This document shows, one piece after another, positions 57,533 through 64,000 of a DNA stretch of 64,000 bases. Below the pieces are notes generated by a model, which worked only from the letters and a program-made list of their open reading frames with translations, ran no database searches and was not told where the DNA came from. The stretch is from assembly GCA_963785835.1 (NCBI GenBank), contig CAWAWO010000002.1, forward strand, positions 140,464-204,463, given 5' to 3'. The stretch is from an uncultured Actinomycetes bacterium (GTDB lineage Bacteria > Actinomycetota > UBA4738 > HRBIN12). The first letter of the stretch is position 1. The number at the start of each line of letters is the position of its first letter. The position numbers and the translations under genes were made by a program.

Positions 57533-58481
57533 GCCGCGGGGAGGGTGTGTCGTGGACGATCGGAGATCTCGTTCGCGTCCGGTGGGGACCTACTCGATCG
57601 TCGCGCGTGATGACTCCGAAGCGCTCGGGATCGCCGTGCAATCCCACTGGTTCAACGTCGGAGCCGTGGTCCCGTGGGTGGAGACGGAAGCGGGAGCGGT
57701 TGCGGTCCAGTCCATCACCAGCCCCGAGACGGGCAAGCGCGCGCTCGACCTCCTGCGCTCCGGCATGCAAGCGGATGCGACCCTCGCGACCCTCCTGGAG
57801 GGCGACGAGGACGCGGCGTACCGACAGATCGCGATCGTCGATGCGCACGGAGGTGTCGCGACGCACACCGGCTCGCTGTGCATCGACGAAGCGGGGCATC
57901 GCACGGGCGCCGGGTACTCGGTCCAGGCGAACATCATGGACCGGCCGAGCGTGTGGTCGGCCATGGGGGACGCGTTCGAGCGGTCGGGCGGGGACCTGAC
58001 CGACCGCCTCCTCGCCGCACTCGAGGCCGCCGAAGCCGAAGGGGGCGATCTGCGCGGGCGCCAGTCCGCCGCCATCGTCGTGGTGCCGGGGACCGCGGGA
58101 GATCCCGGCTTCGACCTGCGCGTGGAGGACTCGCCCGATCCTCTCGGTGAGCTGCGACGTCTCGTGTCGCTGCAGCGCACGTACCTCGAGCTCAACCGCG
58201 GTGACCTCGAGATGGCGAGCGGGGAGTTCGGAGAGGCGCTCGCGGCCTACGGACGTGCCGCCGAGATGGTTCCCGACCAGGCGACCGGCGGCGAGGCGGC
58301 GTTCTGGACCGGGGTCGCGTTCGCGAGCACCGGGCGTGTCGACGAGGCGGTGTCCTTCCTCCGGAGGGCCGCCGCCGAGGGCGACCGATGGTCGCGACTC
58401 CTCCCGCGGCTCGTCAGGTCGAAGATGTTCCCCGATGACCCCGCCCTGCTCGAGCGGTTGCTGCGGACGATGAAGCGCTAG
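57522..58481 (+). CDS. DUF1028 (Ntn-hydrolase-like) family protein with C-terminal helical repeat region
   Basis: GTYSIVARD (N-terminal nucleophile-type Thr), AVQSHWFNVGA, QANIM and GGDLRGRQSAAIVV. The start is ATG 57522 or GTG 57582. Confidence 0.8.
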   Translation: MSRQPRGGCVVDDRRSRSRPVGTYSIVARDDSEALGIAVQSHWFNVGAVVPWVETEAGAVAVQSITSPETGKRALDLLRSGMQADATLATLLEGDEDAAYRQIAIVDAHGGVATHTGSLCIDEAGHRTGAGYSVQANIMDRPSVWSAMGDAFERSGGDLTDRLLAALEAAEAEGGDLRGRQSAAIVVVPGTAGDPGFDLRVEDSPDPLGELRRLVSLQRTYLELNRGDLEMASGEFGEALAAYGRAAEMVPDQATGGEAAFWTGVAFASTGRVDEAVSFLRRAAAEGDRWSRLLPRLVRSKMFPDDPALLERLLRTMKR

Positions 58482-59289
58482 ACCGCGGGCGCGCGTCGCG
58501 TCCGTCGAACGACAGGTCGGCCGTCCACGACAGGTGCGACGACATCGCTCGTCGCGCGCCGGACGCCGAGCCCTCGCTGATGGCCTTGAAGATCGCCCGA
58601 TGTTCACGGGTCGAACGCTCGACGCCCGAGGGCCGGCTGGTCAGGCTCATGGTCCTGGCGGCCAGGAGTGCGGGCTCGATCGAACGCAGGAGGCTGCGGA
58701 GCGGTCGGTTGCCCGTCGCCGCGAGGATCGCGTCGTGGAAGCCGACGTCGATCGCCGCGAACGCGGCGGCGTCACCTCCCACGTCGGTCATCGCCGCGAT
58801 GAACGTCTCGATGAGGGCCACGTCCTCGGCGCTCGCGCGCTCGGCCGCGAGTGACGCGGCCTCGATCTCGATGATGCGCCGAACCTCGAGGAGATGGATC
58901 AGGAACTCGTCCACGCTCTGGAGCTCGCGTCGCGCCTCCAGGACCTCCGGCGCGAACTCGTTCCAGTTCTCGTACGGGAGGACCTCGGTGCCCCGGCCTT
59001 GCCTGCTTCGGAGCATGCCCAGCATCGTCACGGACTTCGTGGCCTCTCGGACGACCGGCCGGCTGACCCCCAGCTGTTGCGAGAGCACCTCTTCGGTGGG
59101 GAGCAGATCACCCGGGCGGTAGTGGCCCTCGATGATGCTGCCGATGATCTCCCTCGTGATCTTCCGTGAGAGCGTCTCCGTCGCGACCGACGTGAAGCGA
59201 TGCGGCGAGTCGTCCTCTCGGGACCGAGGAGGCGAGCCGCTCCGCTCGACGCCGGCGCCGGGCGCCGGCCGACCGCGCTTTCCGGACAC
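58414..59289 (-). CDS. GntR/FadR-family transcriptional regulator
   Basis: wHTH (LPTEEVLSQQLGVSRPVVREATKSVTMLGMLRSRQGRGT) plus an FCD-like helical domain. The real start may be downstream of 59289. The 3' end overlaps the DUF1028 gene by 68 nt. Confidence 0.85.
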   Translation of the reverse strand: MSGKRGRPAPGAGVERSGSPPRSREDDSPHRFTSVATETLSRKITREIIGSIIEGHYRPGDLLPTEEVLSQQLGVSRPVVREATKSVTMLGMLRSRQGRGTEVLPYENWNEFAPEVLEARRELQSVDEFLIHLLEVRRIIEIEAASLAAERASAEDVALIETFIAAMTDVGGDAAAFAAIDVGFHDAILAATGNRPLRSLLRSIEPALLAARTMSLTSRPSGVERSTREHRAIFKAISEGSASGARRAMSSHLSWTADLSFDGRDARPRSSASSSAATARAGRGHRGTSST

Positions 59290-59374
59290 CGGGATTCCTC
59301 TCTGTTGGCGCCCGCAGCGTACGATTCGTCAACTCGTCGGACAAGTGTTGGTGGAAACGAGGGACGGAACGGCG

Positions 59375-60520
59375 CTAGGAGCGGTCGCGGGCCGAGGCGG
59401 CGCGTTCGTGGATCGGGCCGGGCCGGTCCTTAAGGAAGCCCGCGCCACGGCCGCGCTTGACCGCCACGATCTCTGCCACGATCGCCGCCGCGATCTCCTC
59501 GGGACCCTCGGCGCCGAGGTCGAGGCCGGCCGGTCCTCGGATCCTGCGCCATCGTCCGCCTCGGAGAGCTCGACGCCCTCCTCTCGGAGCTCGGTCAGCA
59601 GCCGGTTCGTCCGGACCGAACGGACCCAGCATCGCGATGAACCGCACCGGCGAGCTCAGCAGCGACCGCAGGTAGTCCTTGTCGCGCAGGAAGTTGTGGC
59701 TCATCACGACGACGTGGGTTCGGGCGTCGATCGGCGCGACCTCGGCGACCTTGTCCGGGCGCTCCACCAGCACGAAGTCGGCGGCGTTCGGGAAGCGGTC
59801 GTGGTTCAGGAACTCCGGCCGGTCGTCGGCGACGATCGGGCTCCAGCCGAGCGCCGCCGCCGAGTCGACGAGCGGCACCGCGTCGTGGCCCGCCCCGCAC
59901 ACGATCAGTCGCAGCGGGGGTTCGAGGACCTCGACGAACGCGCGGACCTCGCCCTCGGCTCCCGGAAGCGTGCGGATCTCGCTGCGCTCGTCCACGAGGA
60001 GCTCGAGCGCGGCCTGCCGAGCGGAGTCCCCGACCCGCTCGTCGCCGAGCGCCCCCTCGGTCGAGCCGTCGGGTCTGACCAACAGGCGGTCGCCCTGTTC
60101 GACGTTCGGCACGCTCGAGTCGAGCACCGTGATCATCGCGATCGGGCGTTCTTCCTCGAGCGCCATCCGCAGGGCGCCGGCGACCTCGGCGGCCTTGGCC
60201 GCGGGCTCGACGAACAGCTCGAACGCGCCGTTGCAGCCGAGTCCCCATCCCCACACCTCGTCGTCGTCCGCGGTGAGGTCGAACGAGACGATCCGCGCCA
60301 TGCCCTCCCGCATCACGATCTTCGCGACGTCGGCCACGTCGTTCTCGAGGCACCCGCCCGAGATGTTGCCGACCATCTCGCCCTCCTCGGGGACCAGGAG
60401 CCGCGCCCCCGGGCGGCGGTACGTCGAGCCCCGAACCGCGACGATCGTCGCGAGCGCGAGCTTCTCCCCGCGGGCCGAGAGGGACTCGATCGCCGACAGG
60501 ACGTCGGTGAGCTCGCTCAT
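59375..60520 (-). CDS. XdhC/CoxI family molybdoenzyme maturation protein
   Basis: N-terminal XdhC_CoxI domain (LATIVAVRGSTYRRPGARL, GNISGGCLE) and Rossmann-like C domain (LIVCGAGHDAVPL). About 25 codons near 59555-59625 appear to be read out of the family frame. Confidence 0.8.
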   Translation of the reverse strand: MSELTDVLSAIESLSARGEKLALATIVAVRGSTYRRPGARLLVPEEGEMVGNISGGCLENDVADVAKIVMREGMARIVSFDLTADDDEVWGWGLGCNGAFELFVEPAAKAAEVAGALRMALEEERPIAMITVLDSSVPNVEQGDRLLVRPDGSTEGALGDERVGDSARQAALELLVDERSEIRTLPGAEGEVRAFVEVLEPPLRLIVCGAGHDAVPLVDSAAALGWSPIVADDRPEFLNHDRFPNAADFVLVERPDKVAEVAPIDARTHVVVMSHNFLRDKDYLRSLLSSPVRFIAMLGPFGPDEPAADRAPRGGRRALRGGRWRRIRGPAGLDLGAEGPEEIAAAIVAEIVAVKRGRGAGFLKDRPGPIHERAASARDRS

Positions 60521-60548
60521 GGGTCGAATGGTACGCGGGCCATGCGGT

Positions 60549-61526
60549 TCAGGCGGGGGCCGCGGCGAACCTCGCGGGCTCCTCCTCGAACCGCTGCAGG
60601 CACCCGGCCGAGCAGAAGTAGTACGTGGTCCCTTCGAACGCCGAGCTGTGCTTCGCGCCGGCGACGTCCACCGTCATCCCGCACACGGGATCGAGCGCCT
60701 CGTGCCGCGGGATCTCGGCGGGCGGCGCCGCGGCCAGCGCGCCGGCCGCACGCTCGCGGACCAGCTCGGCCAGGATCGCGACCGCGATCTCCTCGTGCGC
60801 CACCTTCCCGAGGTCCAGCCCGGCGGGAGCGTGGACGCGCGCGAGGTTCTCCTCGCCGACGCCGCGGTCCCGGAGGTAGCCGAGGACCGAGTCCGCGCGC
60901 TTGCGCGAGGCGACGAGTCCGACGTACGGCGCCGGTGTGGCGAGCGCGGCCTCGAGCGCCGCCTCGTCGTAGTGCCCCTGCGTCGCGACCACGACGATCG
61001 AGCGTTCGGTGACGCCGGCCGCCTCGAGGTCGAGCGTCGTGACGACGCTGCCGGCGCCCGGGTAGTCCTCGGCGTGTCCGCCGTCGTCCACGACCACGGT
61101 TCGCCAGCCGAGCACGCCGGCCATCGAGGCGAGCGTTCCCACGGCGGGCGAACGGCCGATCACGACCAGGTGTGGCTGTGGCAGGACGGGTTCCACGTAG
61201 ACCTCCAGCGCTCCCTCACTCTGACACGCGATCGGAACGGTGACGACGCCCTCGCGACCTCGCGCCGCGAGCAGCAGTTCCTCCTCCCCGCCCAGGAACA
61301 GCAGCCGCGGCGTGCCCTCGTCGAGCGCCTTGAGGGCCTCGCGGATCACCGTGGGCTCGGCGCATGCACCTCCGAGCCACCCCCGAACGCGCCGGTCGGG
61401 CGTGACGAGCGCCGTCGAGCCCTCCTTGCCGGACGACGGCGCGCGCCGCCACACGACCGTGGCGAGCACGAACGGCTCGCCGCGGCGCGACAGCTCGTTC
61501 GCGAGCTCCAGGACGTCCGGTTTCAT
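60549..61526 (-). CDS. XdhC/CoxI family protein fused to a C-terminal YHS (TRASH-type) metal-binding domain
   Basis: XdhC N domain (FVLATVVWRRAPSSGKEG, GWLGGACAE), Rossmann domain (LVVIGRSPAVGTL), then DPVCGMTVD..YYFCSAGCLQRF. Confidence 0.85.
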   Translation of the reverse strand: MKPDVLELANELSRRGEPFVLATVVWRRAPSSGKEGSTALVTPDRRVRGWLGGACAEPTVIREALKALDEGTPRLLFLGGEEELLLAARGREGVVTVPIACQSEGALEVYVEPVLPQPHLVVIGRSPAVGTLASMAGVLGWRTVVVDDGGHAEDYPGAGSVVTTLDLEAAGVTERSIVVVATQGHYDEAALEAALATPAPYVGLVASRKRADSVLGYLRDRGVGEENLARVHAPAGLDLGKVAHEEIAVAILAELVRERAAGALAAAPPAEIPRHEALDPVCGMTVDVAGAKHSSAFEGTTYYFCSAGCLQRFEEEPARFAAAPA

Positions 61527-61536
61527 GCTCGGAAGG

Positions 61537-63897
<2,361 letters not shown>

Positions 63898-63925
63898 GTC
63901 GCCTCCTCGCGCGCTCTCGAAAGAC

Positions 63926-64000
63926 TCAGCTACCGACGGGGGTCTCGGCGCCCTCGGCCATCGTCCGCCCCGCGGTCTGGATGGCCTTCACGATGTTCAT
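63926..64000 (-). CDS. coxS: CO dehydrogenase small (2Fe-2S) subunit, C-terminal end (partial)
   Basis: Minus frame reads ..NIVKAIQTAGRTMAEGAETPVGS*, matching the C-terminal (CTGY)xNIVKA motif region of CoxS-type subunits. The gene runs off the window end. Confidence 0.6.
   Translation of the reverse strand: MNIVKAIQTAGRTMAEGAETPVGS

Overview
This is a 64-kb, roughly 70% GC, densely coding chromosomal segment of actinobacterial type. Supporting signs are frequent GTG/TTG starts, many 4-nt start/stop overlaps, an LLM/F420-type oxidoreductase, a fasciclin lipoprotein, a DUF222-HNH gene and FmdB/galU/moeA synteny. I call about 65 protein genes or gene remnants and one tRNA-Ala(CGC). I saw no rRNA, CRISPR array, transposase or integrase.

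Functional blocks:
- 1-5 kb: reductive pyrimidine catabolism (LLM oxidoreductase, beta-ureidopropionase-like amidohydrolase, dihydropyrimidinase).
- 5-17.6 kb: housekeeping and envelope genes (mmuM, rlmN, ABC-F, lytic transglycosylase, two large polytopic membrane proteins, tldD/pmbA).
- 17.6-22.7 kb: extracytoplasmic redox module (fasciclin lipoprotein, membrane-anchored molybdoenzyme, two-component system, DM13 protein).
- 22.7-29 kb: uppP, a TA-like DUF4258/DUF2283 pair behind a CpaB/SAF gene, MTAP, FmdB, galU, moeA, moaC.
- 29.6-35 kb: translin-family protein, tRNA-Ala, membrane adenylate cyclase coupled to an orphan betaine-type binding lipoprotein, proline dehydrogenase, FAD oxidoreductase.
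- 35-39.6 kb: HNH endonuclease, tag, tandem FG-GAP paralogs.
- 40.9-47 kb: beta-alanine/beta-aminoisobutyrate module (mmsA, transaminase, hydroxyacid dehydrogenase) plus GNAT, YceI and a nitrilase-family hydrolase.
- 47.7-64 kb: a form I CO-dehydrogenase cluster (coxS, coxL with AYRCSFR, two XdhC genes, coxG, mocA), physically split by a ~10-kb peptide/proline utilisation locus.

The most unusual property is that reading-frame disruptions are strongly non-random. About 17 kb (14.2-31.8 kb) and 10 kb (39.6-50.1 kb) are clean. The four ABC transporter genes at 50.1-53.8 kb carry roughly 15-20 single-nucleotide frame switches while their catalytic motifs stay intact. Several other genes carry one to three each. 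All calls come from reading the supplied translations and sequence by eye; no searches were run.
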